DNA of 64,000 bases from Eledone cirrhosa (GCA_964016885.1 OZ024740.1:382602001-382666000), one strand, 5' to 3'; shown: positions 26,130-41,981, numbered from the stretch's first letter. A program made the numbers and translations. Notes: generated by a model not told the origin, from the letters alone.

Positions 26130-29100
26130 GAATTAGTTTTGCGAGGTTTTTTATATGAAATCGTGTGTCGAAACAAATATTGTTATACTTGGGGAGGGTC
26201 ATATTTGTGTAATATTGCCAGAATTAATAACAGAACACACTCACTGTTTGGTTGGTTTTCGCCTTTCGCTTCTGTGTCTTTTATATCGGTAATCTAATTC
26301 ATTCGGTCCTCAATGTTGCCATTGACTGACTAACGGTCACAAATCATACAGATACAATATAGACACAAACACATATATATAGTTTATCAAAGTTCTTTCG
26401 TTGCACATCTGCAACATCGTCAGTTGTGCTATAGATTCCTCCCGTTGCATTGTATTTCTACGCCATCTTTATTTAGTCTGTTTATATATTTATTTATTTA
26501 TTTGTTTGTTTGTTTATTTTATTTTGTCTTCTTTGCGCATGCGTTTGCGTGTGTGTATAGTGTTTTGTTTGATGTGTGTTCGTGATTGGGTGACTGTGTA
26601 TTGGTTAATGTATTCTATGTTTACTAGTGTGTGTTTATATGTGTTTGTTGTTATTGTGCTTGTGTATGTATTTATTTATTTATTTATTTATCTATTTATT
26701 TATTTATTTATACTTCTCTTAGGTCAGTGTTGTTTGTTTGGGTGTTGTTGTTATTCCATTCATTCTTTCTGTTTAGCCTTGGCCTTCTAAGTTCTATTTC
26801 ACTGGCCTCTCTGATTTGCCTATCTGCTGGGTCATTTCTATGTTTAGATATTTTTCTAATTTCTATGTTGTCTATGTTACCGCCGTGGTATTGTCAGGCA
26901 TGTTCGTATAGTACTGACCCGTGTTTTGGTCCTTTTAGTTCCCCCCAGTGCTGGTCTATCCTCTCACCTATGCTACGAGCTGTCTCGCCTATGTATGTTG
27001 TCATGTTTCTGCAAGAACCCTCTGTATATCTTATGCTATAGACTACGTTTCTAGTTTTACAGTTTATCCGGGGGTTTACCTTACATATGATATATTTCCT
27101 ATTAGTACAGTGGGTTTTCTTAAAAGGGTAGGTTTTGCTGATCAGGGATTTTATGGTGGTTCCTGGCTTTTCTTCCACCTTAATCTTTAAGTGGGTCTTT
27201 CTCAGGGCCTTTCTACACTGGTTAGCTAATTTCCCTCCAGGGGTAGCATCCACAAACATGACACTCTGGTATCTCTGGTTGTCGTACCATCAGGTGGCTT
27301 TCCCTATCTTATGTCTAGCCCTATCTAAGCTATTCCATGATTTGCTCCTGTATAATGGGCAAATTCCGTTCATGTCCAGTTCTATGATGGTCTTATACTT
27401 CTCCATGGCTCCTTCGTATACTCTGATTCTGTCTCTTTGGTTGTAGCCAGAGAACTGCATGCGGTTGCTGAAGTGTTGGATGTGTCTTTCCATTTCTGTT
27501 GGGTCGCACATGCGGGACACATTCTTAATCACTCGTACCAAATCTGCGATCAGAATATTAAACTTAGCACTACTGGACATTGCTGAGTTTTTGAGTATCC
27601 GGTATTTGGAGGCCATGGGTTTAGCATAGTGTGAGTGGAGAATTTGGGCTCTCTCGTCTTTTGTGTTAATCCAGAGTTCCGTGTCTAATGCAGGTAGTCT
27701 ATTGTTAGGGTGTTTGGAAGGTTAGTCGATAGTTGCAGTTATACTCTGGTGTATGGAATTAGCTATCTGTTGGATGCTTTCCATTGTGCTACGTTCTAAA
27801 TCAAACTTGTTAGTGCTCTCTTGTGAGGATGTTCTTATAACTATATTGATATCGTCTACATAACGATAGTACATGATGAGGTCTATGGAGCTCTCATTAA
27901 GGAGATCTTTAAGTCTCCTTTCCCACCATACCATAAAAAGGTTGGCAATTTCACCAGCTATGCTGACGCCAATGGCTGCTCCCTCATTTTGGGTGTAGAT
28001 CTTCTCGTTGAAGTTGAATATGTGGCCCTTTAGGGTAGTTTTGATACTAGCCCCTATTGCATGTGCGACCATTTTTCTTACCTGATCATTGTTTTTTTTT
28101 GGGGGGGGGGCGTATAGCTTTGGTCCACCCAATCCACCTTCCCATGGGAGACTTTTTTGCCATGGAGGTTATGGTGGGGCGTCTACCTCTTATGGATCTA
28201 CTAGGGCAGAAACGTCTAAGGTCATGGCTGTCTAGGTAGTCAGTGTCGTAGGTAAGTCTAAGTAGGAGGCCCAGTTCGTCTGTGTCGACGTCGCAGAAGT
28301 CCACTTCACTCTCAATGATCATCTCCACACATTTTTCCACACCAAAATCAATGATAATGGATGGGTACAGTCACACCACATCCATGCTGCCTATTATGCA
28401 GTTGGATAAGTTCCTGTTTTTGTTGCACTCACTGATTCTGCTGAGGAGGTCCTCTGTACTGTCACATACATCTGGGGACATCTTGATTATGGGGCGTATA
28501 ACCATCGAGAGGAAGTAGGAGATCCTGTAGTTGCTAGCTACATTAGCTCCGCATACGGGTCTTGTTGGTGGTCCTGTTGTCGGGTCGTCGACTGTCTTGT
28601 GGTAGTTGCGGAGCCCATACAAGGGTGGTATGCCATTGTTAGACGCCTGGAAGTTGTTGGCAGTGCGTCTGCTTGGCTTTAGGATGTCAGTCCACATCAT
28701 CATGTGAGCGTTCAGGATTTTCTCTCTCCTATCATGTGTTTGCCGTGCAATTTCGCTCGTGTTGGTGATGTGGGGTTACATAGCCTTGATGTAGTTCGGT
28801 ATGCTATCTACTGACATCCTACCCGACTTATCCGTGGGTAGACATACTACCTCACCATCCCTTGTGCGCTGCTTGAGGCTAACCAAGCCTTCTACAGGTT
28901 TCCTCCCAAGTTGTTGGGCCTCTGGTTTGCTCTGTCTCTTAGTATACCGGTCTACTATTTGTCTAATCTTATTTCTAGCTATGGTGAACTGTGACTCTGT
29001 CTCGTCATCTATTTGTTGTGGTATGCAAACTCTTTTATTAAAGGGTAACCTCGTAGGATAGATATTACCGATCTTATATGTTTTGTCAGCTGGGTTGAAA

Positions 29101-29836
29101 AATAGTTTCTCTAAGGGGTTGTCATTATATCTATCGTCATAGTTGTGTGTGTTGCTATTATTGTTATTATGGTGGTGTTGTTATTCCTATCATTAGCATT
29201 ATTATTATTGTTATGATTGCTAGATGTATTGTTGCTGCTGTGATTGTTGTTTACTCCACCGTTATTGTTGTTGTTACTGTTATTTCTACCATTGTGGTTG
29301 TTACTTTTATTATGTTTCTTGTTTTTGTTGTGTCTATCATTAATGTTGCTACATGTATTATTTCCATTATTACCACTGCGGTTGTTGTTGTTGTTGTTCG
29401 TATTGTTACCGTTATTACTACTGTGGTCGCTGCTGCTGTGTCTGTGGTTAATGTTTCTATTATTATTATTATTGTGGTTGTTGTTGTTGTTCTGTTTATC
29501 GTTAGTATTATTAGCATTATTACTATTTCTCACTCTCCTGCTATTGTTATTGTTATGGCTGTTATTTCTATACCCAGAGTTATTGTTTATATTACTACTA
29601 CCGTTATTATTGTTCTTGTTGTCGTTTACTTTTGCATTCCAACGTATTTTTGTGAAACACTTTTCCAGCTCCGTTTTGCACTCAATAGGGTTAATCTTTT
29701 TGTAGATGGCAAATGTTGGTGGTAGCTGCAGGATGTGTTGTTCTTGTTCACTGATTAAAGTGTTCCCATAAATATTTACTGTGTGGTCATTGGTAAATTC
29801 TTCCGGTAGTTTTACATCAGTCATACGGATATTGCA
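26130..29836 (-). mobile_element. Penelope-like element, tentatively Naiad-type, frameshifted
   Basis: PPLYGLR, TRPVCGA, IGSMDV, GAAIGVSIAGEIANLFM, YRYVDD, MFVDATPGG, NVVY...YIGETARSIGER..H. Asn-rich N-terminal insert. pLTR with HHR, ending at (TA)n. Confidence 0.92.
26378..26433 (-). ncRNA. Type I hammerhead in Naiad-type pLTR
   Basis: CTGACGA-T-GTTGCA GATG TGCAAC-GAAA-GAAC-TT. Extra U after A9. Helix I weak or bulged. Confidence 0.65.
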
Positions 29837-29847
29837 TATATGTATGT

Positions 29848-29970
<123 letters not shown>

Positions 29971-31880
29971 TGTGTATGTATTAGTAGACAGAAAAAAAGT
30001 ACTACCCAAGTTTTGAAGGCCAAAATTTGAACATATCTCCAGAATACAAGAGGCATAATATTGGTGACATTTCTTCTGGTGCTTATACGAATTATGTTAA
30101 AAATTTTGCCTTGAAACCTTGAGTAGCGCTTTTGTTCCATATACCATTTATGTCCTCTTCACGTTTGAGGACTGTTTTCCTTTTTCCTTTTCACTTCTAC
30201 AGATATTGCTACACATACCTATATATATATATATATACCTGTGTGTGTGTGTTTGTCCAAATTCACATATGTCGAATTCAGAGAAAATTTAAAGATAAAT
30301 AGATATTATGTGACAAGCATTTATGGAACGAAAACATTGTTTAGACATTGCTGAAAAATAAACAGTGGTTACTGACTTTTAACCCTGAAGTCAGCTAAAT
30401 AAATATTAGTTAAGTTGTGACTGTTTTAAAACACTAATGAACTATTTATCATTTCATACTAAAAGACTTGAATAATGTTAGTTCATTTTCTATTATATGA
30501 TTCAGTGGTCGATTATCATTTATTCATTACAGATCGAACATTCTAATTTCTTTGGCTTATTCTGTGAAGGTAAAAATAGCTATAGAGAGAAAAGTGTTTC
30601 ATTTCGGAAGTTATCAGATGCTCTAATGTTTTCAACAAGGAAAACATAAATGTAATATAACGATATATCTATAGAGTATATAAACAAGAAATTGATTTTA
30701 CATAACCGATCTCTTATATAATTTCATACAAGCTTATCAACGTAATAAAGAAGAAAATATACAATAGGTGCAAATTCAACTTAAATGATATTTGGTATAA
30801 AGAAAACCTAGCAGTATATTGATTAATTGAAAGAGGGTAGGGGTGGTAGTATGAGTAGGAGTAAGAGTAGTAATAGTAGGAGTAGCTCTTGTTGATTTTG
30901 TATTGCCTAGCAATAATCACATTCGTTGAATTCGGTAGTATTACCTGAAGCTATTTATTCTGGGTTTTTGAACTGACAGTTTCTACACAACGAAGACCAT
31001 CTGATAAGATAAATGTTTATTGAATATCTACATCTACATAACATATTTTTATTTATATATTTATATCCTACCTTCGTAGAAGTGTTGTATTTGTGTGTAA
31101 TACTACAGTATATTAGAGCCCTCTTTTGTAGCGATCACATGAATAGATATATTTCTCTACGGAACTGAAACTCTCGGGAGATTTCGCTTTTTTTTTTTTC
31201 TTTTCAGTCTGCAAGAAAGTATTTGTTAAGCCATTGTGTTTCGCAGTGTCTTTAAGAAATTTCCAATCTAAAAGAAATATCTAATAACACTAAGACGTGA
31301 ATATTGGAGATATACTTATTATTTATTCATTTTCATTTTTATGGATATTTATGACAGCCATATTTTCACGCAAACTTTTTCCATAACAATAACTCACCCA
31401 ACATTACATTCTGTAAATGTCACAGGAGGGTTCGTTTGGACATTATTTCAGATCAAAGGATATGAAAAAAGAAATAGTTAAGTGCATTACACTAAATATC
31501 TGTTCCTTTATTCAAGATGTATTTGCGCAAATATAAAAATTAGAAAAGCGTTTGGGCTTCTTTATCAATCTTGCATCCGTTAATGATACCATAAGCGATA
31601 TTAGAAAGTTACCCAAAGAGATGTGAATGCATTCTATTTGAAATTTCTTTTTCCATATTCTTCTCCCATAAAGTAAAGATTTTTTTCTTAAATTGTAAAT
31701 ATATGCCTTCATTCTGTTCAATCGTAAACGAGGTTTATAGCGATTTTCTTCGTAATGTTGCTTACCGTGATGTGTATATTATGGCTTATATGTAGATATC
31801 TACACATGTTTAGCTGCACGCAAAATCACAGCAACATGTTCGCATGAGATAACACACATTCATACATATACATACAATTT

Positions 31881-31928
<48 letters not shown>

Positions 31929-31998
31929 AACACACTCACAGACACATATATACACACACACAGATATATATATATAGCGAGAGAAGGAAAGAGAGAGG

Positions 31999-32043
<45 letters not shown>

Positions 32044-32725
32044 CGTGTCTGTTGCTGTGTGTATTGCAACCACATCTATATCAAAAATGATTTCATTCTA
32101 AATGGTTTCTCTTTTTCTATTAAAGAGGTATCTTCTTAAATGGGTAGAATGACAAACTTTCTTTCGATTTGTTTGCTAAGTGTTCGTATCATAAAATCTG
32201 TATAGCATGTCTTTCTTTCCTCATGGTGTAAAAAGCAATGGTGTATAAAAAACTAGTTGCAAAGAAAAAAATGAGTGATCCATTTATGGTTTATTTTTTC
32301 AAACGAAACATTAACCCAAACATTGAAACGCAAATACATTAGAAAATCAGTTGAACAGTTTCAGCTCACCACTTTACAATATGCCTCTTGACGCCATCCC
32401 TCGCACACCTACCCGACAAAATCAGTATACTCAATATTAGAATACAGCGCACATTAATAACGTTATTAAATTGCGATTTCTTATATTTTGATTACTTAAT
32501 GCATTTTTCTGTAATTTTTTTTCTAGTATATATTAATGTAGGAAAAATATGAAAGTTGAAAGAATTTCATTTCTTTCAAGTAAAGACCTAGCGTTATGTT
32601 GTGTAACGAAATCTTTCTCACGTTGCAACGTTGCAATGCAGTCGTTTATACAGTATTGTATTTAAATGATCATACACAGAATTATTCACCCAGACACATA
32701 CACATGCACACACACATGCACACAT

Positions 32726-32813
<88 letters not shown>

Positions 32814-32822
32814 CACACATAT

Positions 32823-32853
<31 letters not shown>

Positions 32854-33444
32854 AAAGTAGGAAATTTGACAACAGAAAACAAGACAAACGTAAAAGCAAA
32901 ACAGACAAAAAAAATTTTATGGGGGGAAACCTTTAAAACATTCTTTAAAAAAAAAAAAAATAATAATTGCATATCGAAAGACATAGACCTTCAATGTCTT
33001 AAGCCCTTGATATAGATTAAGCAGTTTTGATCCCTACCAAAAGTACTGCTGGTTCACCCGGGGCCATAGCGTCTTACAAACAAGCCAAAGCACTGTCTCC
33101 GGGTTAAAAGACAAGACAAAACAATAACGTACAACAATTGCGCTATAACAGATACACACCGGATTTCAGGTAATGACAAGGAGAATCTATATTTTGCCTT
33201 AGAGCAACGATACTCTCATGGGACTGATAACAGTAGGAAAAATGCAAAAGAAAAAAAAAATACATCGTAAGAAGAGAGAGCGGTATCGTGTTAGAAAATG
33301 CCATCCCTTCACATTATTGGCGGGAGAATAACATTCCTCACTGATTAATTATGATAATATTAGGATAATTGACAACGGAAAATGGACGAAAGACAACAAG
33401 GCAGAATAAAGATGTTCCTTTCACACACATACACCCATTTCCGT

Positions 33445-33551
<107 letters not shown>

Positions 33552-35179
33552 TACCATTTAGAGGTAATATTTACACAGATAAATCTCAGCAAGCCTCTAA
33601 TATTGAAATTCACTAATAAATCATATCCAAACATTTAAAAAAAAATGTGGTAATTTGAAGAATTCAATTTTTATTATATCTGTTAAGATGTTAAAGTCCT
33701 GGCTAGTATTTGTTTGAGCTCACATATGCTCAGTACACATGAATCTGGAAGCTAAACTGTAACATCATTTGCTTCAATACCATTAATAGAATGGTGGCAC
33801 CGTCTTTATTTTAAGAAAATAAACTAGTATTACATGTAGTCGACTTTCAGATTCGGGAATTGCCAAAAAGTTAATTTTGCTGTTGGCTTGAAGGGAACAG
33901 ACATGCAATTAGAATTCCTAGCATGGGAAAATGTAACAGATATTAGCAGAGAACAATTGACTAAGGCGAGAGCGACTAGCGACTAACTGACTAATACCGA
34001 TAGGAAATATTCGACTAGGCTTTACTTCGGTGCTCAATAATTTAAATTGCGTCAAGAAATAGCGTAAAGTGAGCTTTCTAACGCTATAGTAACCTATATA
34101 CAGTCGTACACAAACACATATACACGCATATGAATATATGCAGGGAAAGGATGTGTGTGTATCCATGTGTCAGGAAAAACACCATACTGGTAATATAGAT
34201 ATTGTTTTCAGTAGCTTCAACATGTCACAGGTAAACCACACTTATTGATCGACAGAAAAAAATATTTGCGATAGTACTTAGGCATGCAAGTTTTCGTGGT
34301 ATTAATACTGTCACCTGATAAAAATAGTATTTCTGTTTTGAATCATTTCGCCAAAATTACAGAAAAGTGTTTTTTACTAGGAAATATATAAATATTTTGT
34401 TTAGGTAAAAAAAAGCATGAAATAATTTCACAAAAATACTGTGAAATACCTAAAAAGAAAGATTTTCAAAATATGATATATCATTTGATATATTTCATGT
34501 CATACTTTCAATTTTAGACATTTGAATGATTAGAATCTAGTCACGTTTAGACTTTTTAATTATTCCATTGTCAACTGAACAACCCAAAATTAATATAGCA
34601 AACTCGGATCAGACTTTGTTTGTTATGTGTTTCACTGTTTCTGAAGTGCTTTCACAGGAACTATTTGATATTGATATAAATTTACACGTATACTGTAGTT
34701 CCCCATAACATTGTGCATGCACGATTTTATTATGAACAGCTAGGACAAATTGCATTCACAGCTCATGCTATTTAAACGCGGGGTTATAACCATTTGAATG
34801 GGGTTTGACACGTTTAAAGATCACAGACAATATTTCAATTAACTCGGTCGGTAAAAAGATGACCTATCCTACTCGGTATATTTAAAAACCCTTGGAATGC
34901 AGATTTGTGTATTAAACTGAAGCGATCTAAATTACATATGCATTTACAATACTCATTACCTGATTTCAGTTTCAGAACCTTTTTCACAATGAAGGCTTTA
35001 TAAAAAAATCCTGATTTCTGAGAAAGTAAAATCAGAACACGAAGTGATCGAGATGTCACAGTAAGTAATGCGCTAGATTCATCACACAGTTATTAGACAA
35101 GGAGTATATGTATAAAATCAAAACAAACTATCTTCAATTCACTATTTGTGCCATCCCTTGAATCCTTGATAACGACCGA

Positions 35180-35560
35180 AACATTATTATCGCAAATACA
35201 AGCGGCCGAATTAAGGTTTCCCTGAGTGGTCTTTGGGGTACCGTTATTCAATAGAGGGCATAACTCGGAGATCAGTGAGTCGATTCATGGAAAGCCACTA
35301 CTTCTCTGCATCGAGAGATCATATCTCCGATAAAACAGCCATGTGGTCAGAGTGTCTAAGGAAAGAATCGCTGGATAGATTATACGTGCAAAACCAACTG
35401 GAATAATCCAGGGGTAGAACTCGAGCAAGATTGATGGATAAATTCCATGAGCTCGGCTGATCTCGCTTGGAAATCCAGCCGGAGCAATTTTAGTTTTGCT
35501 TCTGACAGGGCCCATTGGAAGAAGAAGTTGAAGAAAAAGAGGAGCATGGACATTTCCCCG
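35180..35560 (+). mobile_element. Degraded RTE LINE 3' end
   Basis: Across frames: KPLLLCIERSYLR*NSHVVRVSKER...KPTG / SRGRTRARLMD / ASDRAHWKKKL. Confidence 0.6.
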
Positions 35561-37906
35561 GCCTTTTCTACTTTGTGTCGACAGATGTTTTCAGTTATAT
35601 AAGTTAAGCTATTCCAGTTAATAAGTGATTTAACTACCATTTGTTCAATACTTTTAAGTAATATTTGTGGTATGTAAAGGAAATATATGTGGCAGGTTTC
35701 CCCCAAAAATTGTAACATATGTTTACTTTTTACTTGAAATATATTTATGCTTCTTCGCTTTCCATGAAGGTAACGATTAAACATTAGTTAAAACCAGCTA
35801 CACAGATATTTGAGAACGAATAATATATGATACCTATCTAATAGGCGTAATCGTCTTCGTTGTGGTGTATTTGTTTGAGATGGAAATTTGAGTTTGCACC
35901 AAAGGTAAATAAGATGCATCATTTGATATGTGACAAATAATTTGCAATATGAAACCTGATCGATGAACGTGATATACTACATTGAACGATGAATTTTAGA
36001 ACGAACAATATTTCTTCACTTCATTACTATCTTCTTGATATTATACATGCATAATAGTTTTTATAGCAAAATATTATGCAGTCAATTGCATGTTTTAAAC
36101 TGTTTGATATATCTCGTTGGGGTTCAGATAACAGATCACAACTGAAATTTGACTTGATCCTAGTTAAGGAGACTATACATTGTTTAAGATGTGGTATAAA
36201 AGCAATTTGGCCAATTTACAGCTCTCTTGTTGCTAGAGTGCAGTTCATTTATTTACTGACGCCGCTTGAATGACGTCATCAGAAGCAACATTGTGAACCA
36301 CGGTTTTCCATCACACCTGGAGACTGATGAGTTCGCCTGTGGAGATGAAACGCGTCCAAACAGGAAAACTCCTTCTCGTCGAAAAGGGGTAAATATTAAC
36401 GCTGTTAGATAAGATGCTGAGCTAGGTGCTTGGGTTACAGACCTAAGGCTGCTGCCAGAGACCAGGGCACTGCCGCTGGTAACGCAGAGGTACAGGCCTA
36501 CCTCAATGCTCGGACCTGAACTGGCACTTTCTTTTTTTATTGGTTGCATTCGAGGCGTACGTTACACTCAATTCCCGAACTGCCATTTTCCTCTGCAATT
36601 ACCTGAAGCATGAGGGTGAGTGTATGATAGAAGGATAATCACTACATACATAACTGTGTTCGCTAAGAAGTATATTTTATTTAAAGTTGAGACAAATAAA
36701 ATCGGTTTTTATTAATTATGTAGTTGCATTATATTTTCCTGAAGTATACATAATTAGTGGAGATTGCATTCAGAATGTATTTGAACAATAACATAAATTT
36801 GAAAGAACATTGTGATATTAGCCTCAGCTTCAGCTTAAAATGTTGAATCATATTATAGCGACACAAAATAAATCAAAGAAGTGTTGAGAATGAAGAATGA
36901 TATCATAGTTACAAACTAACCGCTTTGAGATAATTGTGTTCCTTTCTGCTCTTTAATGCTTGATATTTGTGTTCCTTTTATCTGCCTCTTATAGTTTTTT
37001 TTTCTATTATGGAGCTTTCAATGTTATCGTGCGGTCTTCAGATACAGTCAGCAACTTCTATAAATGTTGCACACAATATAAGCAAAACATTTCTATAATG
37101 CAGTATATATAATGTTAGAGGTATGAACATAATACCTTTAAAATTGTTTATCTAACGTTATAAATATATCATTTATAATATATATTATAATTTCCTATAT
37201 TAATTTAATTTTGTGTTGCAGTTAAAATGTTATGATAGTAAAAATACTTATGAACGTTACTAGGTGTCGATGAACTTAAAATTGTTAAAATACATAAATA
37301 CATAACGTATACAACATAATGTAACAGTAGTGTACGTATTATATTGGTTTAAGCATCAGTATACGTCGAAATATATGTATGCTGTATGTAACATATGAGT
37401 GTATGCAAATGAATGCTTGATTTTCAGAAATATATGTACTTTAGCGAATGTCGATCAAACACATGAATATGCATGCTATCATTTGAAGTAATAAAACTAT
37501 ACTAGCTAATGTTGCAATGTTTTGAAAACAGGTCATTAATTATTACCATGATTCATCAAGTCTCATGACTCTTCTTGCATTCATTATAGTTCATTTGAAG
37601 CTATCATGGAACAGCAATTTCTATTGGGAAAAAGCACAGCAAATTCCGTTTCATTTTCGCTGCTAGAAACCTTGAAAATGTAGACATAATAATTCTTAAA
37701 ATATATGTAACGCGCTCACTTTCTTTTTAACAAATTACCCTGTCACTTGATATATCTGTAGGGATTCAGTAGAATTTAACTTGATTCGCATCTGTCTCAT
37801 TCTCTCTGTACATTTCCATTCACCCCTTCAATATTTCCAGCAATTTACCAATTTTGAGTTTTTATTTCGGTTATGGTGATCACATGCGCTCATCCACAGA
37901 TACACA

Positions 37907-37989
<83 letters not shown>

Positions 37990-37990
37990 T

Positions 37991-38022
<32 letters not shown>

Positions 38023-38595
38023 CATCACAAAATATACTAGATTGTCGAATATATATTTTGTTTTGTAGCTAGTTTGATATTTGTAGTGTATTGTAGCTGG
38101 TGAATTGACGGTTTAAATCTTTACGGAGGATATTAAGAACAAGTGTCCTGTGAAGGAGTTTCCAAATTATTTGAGCTCCAATTAGGTATATTGCATTGAG
38201 TAATGTAATATTATTACACAGGAATGCCGAAAAGTATATTTTATTGTTGTTTGAGTTTCAAATTATAATAATCATCATATATATATTTCGGCCACTATTT
38301 CTAAGAAATCTGTTGGTGAAAGTTATGTACTTCACTGGTTCGATTAAATTATATATTGAATACAGGCTGTGGTGATTCAAAGATGTTATTAATTCAGTTT
38401 AGATTATAAATATTGTGGGAATCAAAATCTTTATCTTCGCGGAAATATGATTGTAAATGTTGCTTACTACTGTGTTGTCAGCTATCGATATGTTTCTATT
38501 CCAGTGAAGCATAACTCACGCAGAGCTTTCAATACATCAGCATTAAATGTTAATGAATGTATGCAAATATATGTATATATGTATGCATACATACG

Positions 38596-38651
<56 letters not shown>

Positions 38652-38789
38652 CTCGGGTCCCAAATATTAGGGTGATTGAAATAAATGGGGTTGGGGTATT
38701 GGTTACTACATAGTGTACGTTCGTAAATATTTTCGTCGGAGATAGATTAGCAAACATTAATAAGTGGCAGGCTGGTAATTTTTCAAAAG

Positions 38790-39199
<410 letters not shown>

Positions 39200-39200
<1 letters not shown>

Positions 39201-40920
39201 TTATTAAATAACAGATTAAAGTTTAAGCAAAGAATCGCTGCTTTCACCCTTAACGGGATCTTCTGAAACTAACAAAGTCAATCTGTAAACGCAGAACTGG
39301 ATATTTCAAAAAACGTTGCAATCGGAGGAAGACAGGAAGACGATACTTTGGTTCGTGGAAACGTTCGCTGGCAAAGAACGGGAAAAAACGAATAATACGT
39401 CATTAATAGGAGAGGTGAAAAACAATTACGCGCAAAGACAGAACCACGTTTATGGTATAAAAGAGGTCGTAGACTAATGTTCTCTTAGGTGCTTCATAGA
39501 GACGTTCTCTGGCAATGAACGAAAAAACGAAGATAATAAGTCATATGTGGAGCGTGGAGAACAATAGCACGCAAAGACAAAACCACGTAAATGGTATAGC
39601 AGAAGTCGTAGACTAAAATTCTAACTAGGAGACCAAATGAATCTCTGCTAGAGAGTTAGGAACAAGGTAAATAAATACAATACAGAAGTAATAGAAATAA
39701 ATAAATACATACACGCAAACAAATACGTACATACACAAGCATACGCAAAACCTTACCATAGGTATACAAAACCACGCACATATAAATATGTATGTGTGTG
39801 TGTATGCTTGTGTACAAATAAATAAATAATTATATAAACGTATATAATAAATAAATACGTATATAACAAGCGCACACACATACCTACATATATATACACG
39901 AATGTTCGGAGACGTAAGTCAACTAAAACAAGAAGTACACATATACACACACCCACCATACGTACGAACCTGCATACTCACGCAGACGCAAAACTCCCGT
40001 ATACACATAGCCAAACCCTAAATACCAGAATATAAAAAATATACGCCATAACAATTAAATATACGTACGAGAAGGTATACATACCTTCACAAAACATACG
40101 GGTAATATATACTTACCTATGCAGATAGGTAAAGGAATAAACAAAACATATACTTAGCTCCCACATCAAGACGTAAAATATCCACGTATAGATCGTACTA
40201 TACGTTAGGGTATAACGTGGGGCTGTAATACAGGAAGGTTTTGTGCAATTTATGTTTACAAGCCGAAATTGCCTCAGATTTTTTTTTTAAGATGTGGTCT
40301 GTGGCGTAGAGTATTTCCAGGGCCTCAGCGGCGCAGAGGTCACAAGGTCTTTTATTTCCGTTATACGATCAAGCCCTAGCTAGGATCTCCCAGTGTAACT
40401 TATATTGGGTGTGGTTGTCTTTTAGACTCCAGATATAAGCTGAAAGTGACGTCATATTCCTTCTTAGAGGGTAACGAAAAGAATGGGTATGCATGTAAAG
40501 ACGCTGCTTGAAACTATTGGCGGTTAACCCTATGTAGGCCCTACGGGACGTGGGCGTTACAACCTTACATTTGTAGACAACGTTACTAGAGAGGCATTTC
40601 CCGGATAGGGGGCAATCAGCCCGATTCCTACAACTACAGTTAGTACTAACTACAGGGTTGCACGTGTTCCTACGGCTAGGTAGTTTACCTAAATTTGAAG
40701 CTGTGATGTTATGTGCAAGGTTAGGAGTCGTAGAGTAAGAAATTTTAATAGTATTTCTATTAAAAATTTTACTATATTTATATGTGTAGGGGGAAAATGC
40801 TTCGTAATAAGGGAAAGAAAGATCTTAACTAATGGCGTGGCCACCTCCATATTATATGGTGGGTTAAACCAACAAATGCGACGGGATCTATTTCTTCTAG
40901 GTCTATTTTCGTACTCTGTA
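39200..40920 (-). mobile_element. Hydra-type PLE 3' portion (RT thumb, GIY-YIG, pLTR)
   Basis: RRICWFNPPYN; NCSCRNRADCPLSGKCL..NVVYKC...AYIGLTANSFKQR...PCDLC. 3' UTR has a duplication of about 120 bp (39361-39477 and 39502-39617), an HHR-like motif and AATAAA before (TA)n. Confidence 0.85.
39220..39270 (-). ncRNA. Hammerhead-like motif with CAGAAGA core
   Basis: AGTTT-CAGAAGA-T-CCC GTTAA GGG-T-GAAA-GCA..TGC-TT-AAACT. Identical core in the 22426-22466 copy. Confidence 0.55.
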
Positions 40921-41576
40921 TATGCTAGGAATCGGGCTGATTGCCCCCTATCCGGGAAATGCCTCTCTATTAACGTTACTGTTACAAGTACTATTGACAT
41001 TATTGCTGCTAGAGCTAATGCTGGTTAAAGTCAGTATTGGTCTTCGCATTTTTTAGATATTTATTGTATTTACTGCAATCAATTTTGAGGTTTCTGCATT
41101 CTAGCATTTTCTCAATCTGTTTTATGCTGCTACTGTTCCAATACAACTATAGTTAATTATTCATTCATCCAAGAAAATATTGCATCTAGCTATACTGCAA
41201 ACTTTCAAACAATGTCAGCAATGTGTGTTCGATTCTGGAAACTAACATGAAACGCAATAAATATAGAGCAATGTCAATATTTTTAGTTTTCGTCGATACG
41301 ATATGTATTATCTTCTGGAAGGTTTTGCGTTTGTATTTAATGTAAAGTGCATGTAGGAACGAGTTTTAACATTTGTTTATTTACGCGTATATGTTCTTAA
41401 AAGTGTTCATCTTTAAATTGAAGATTGGCATACCCAAGAGCCGTAACAATTTCATAGTGAATCTATTTCAGTGATATTGGGCATAGATATGTTCATACTC
41501 GATTGTGCGTTAGTATCAATGCAATTTGCGTCAGTAGATACGAATGTATGGATTGTTTTAAGTGTTTGAATTAAAT

Positions 41577-41697
<121 letters not shown>

Positions 41698-41927
41698 TTG
41701 CGATGTTTTTGATATGAAATCGTGTGTCGAAACAAATATTATTATACTTGGGGAGGTTCATATTGTTGTAATAGTATTGCCAGAATTAATAACAGAACAC
41801 ACCCACTGTTTGATTGGTTTTCGCTTCCGTATCTTTTATACCAGTTAATTTATTCAGTCCTCAATGTTACCATTGACTGAACAACGGTAAAAAAATACAG
41901 ATATAATATAGACACAAACACATATAT

Positions 41928-41981
41928 ATAGTCTAACAAAGTTCTTTCGTTGCACATCTGCAACATCGTCAGTGGTGCTAT
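41928..41981 (-). ncRNA. Type I hammerhead in inverted Naiad-type pLTR
   Basis: CA-CTGACGA-T-GTTGCAGATGTGCAAC-GAAA-GAAC-TT-TG. Confidence 0.65.

Noticed and set aside
36253-36549. 98-aa minus-strand ORF or host exon
   Set aside because: No recognisable protein motif and no partner exons found.
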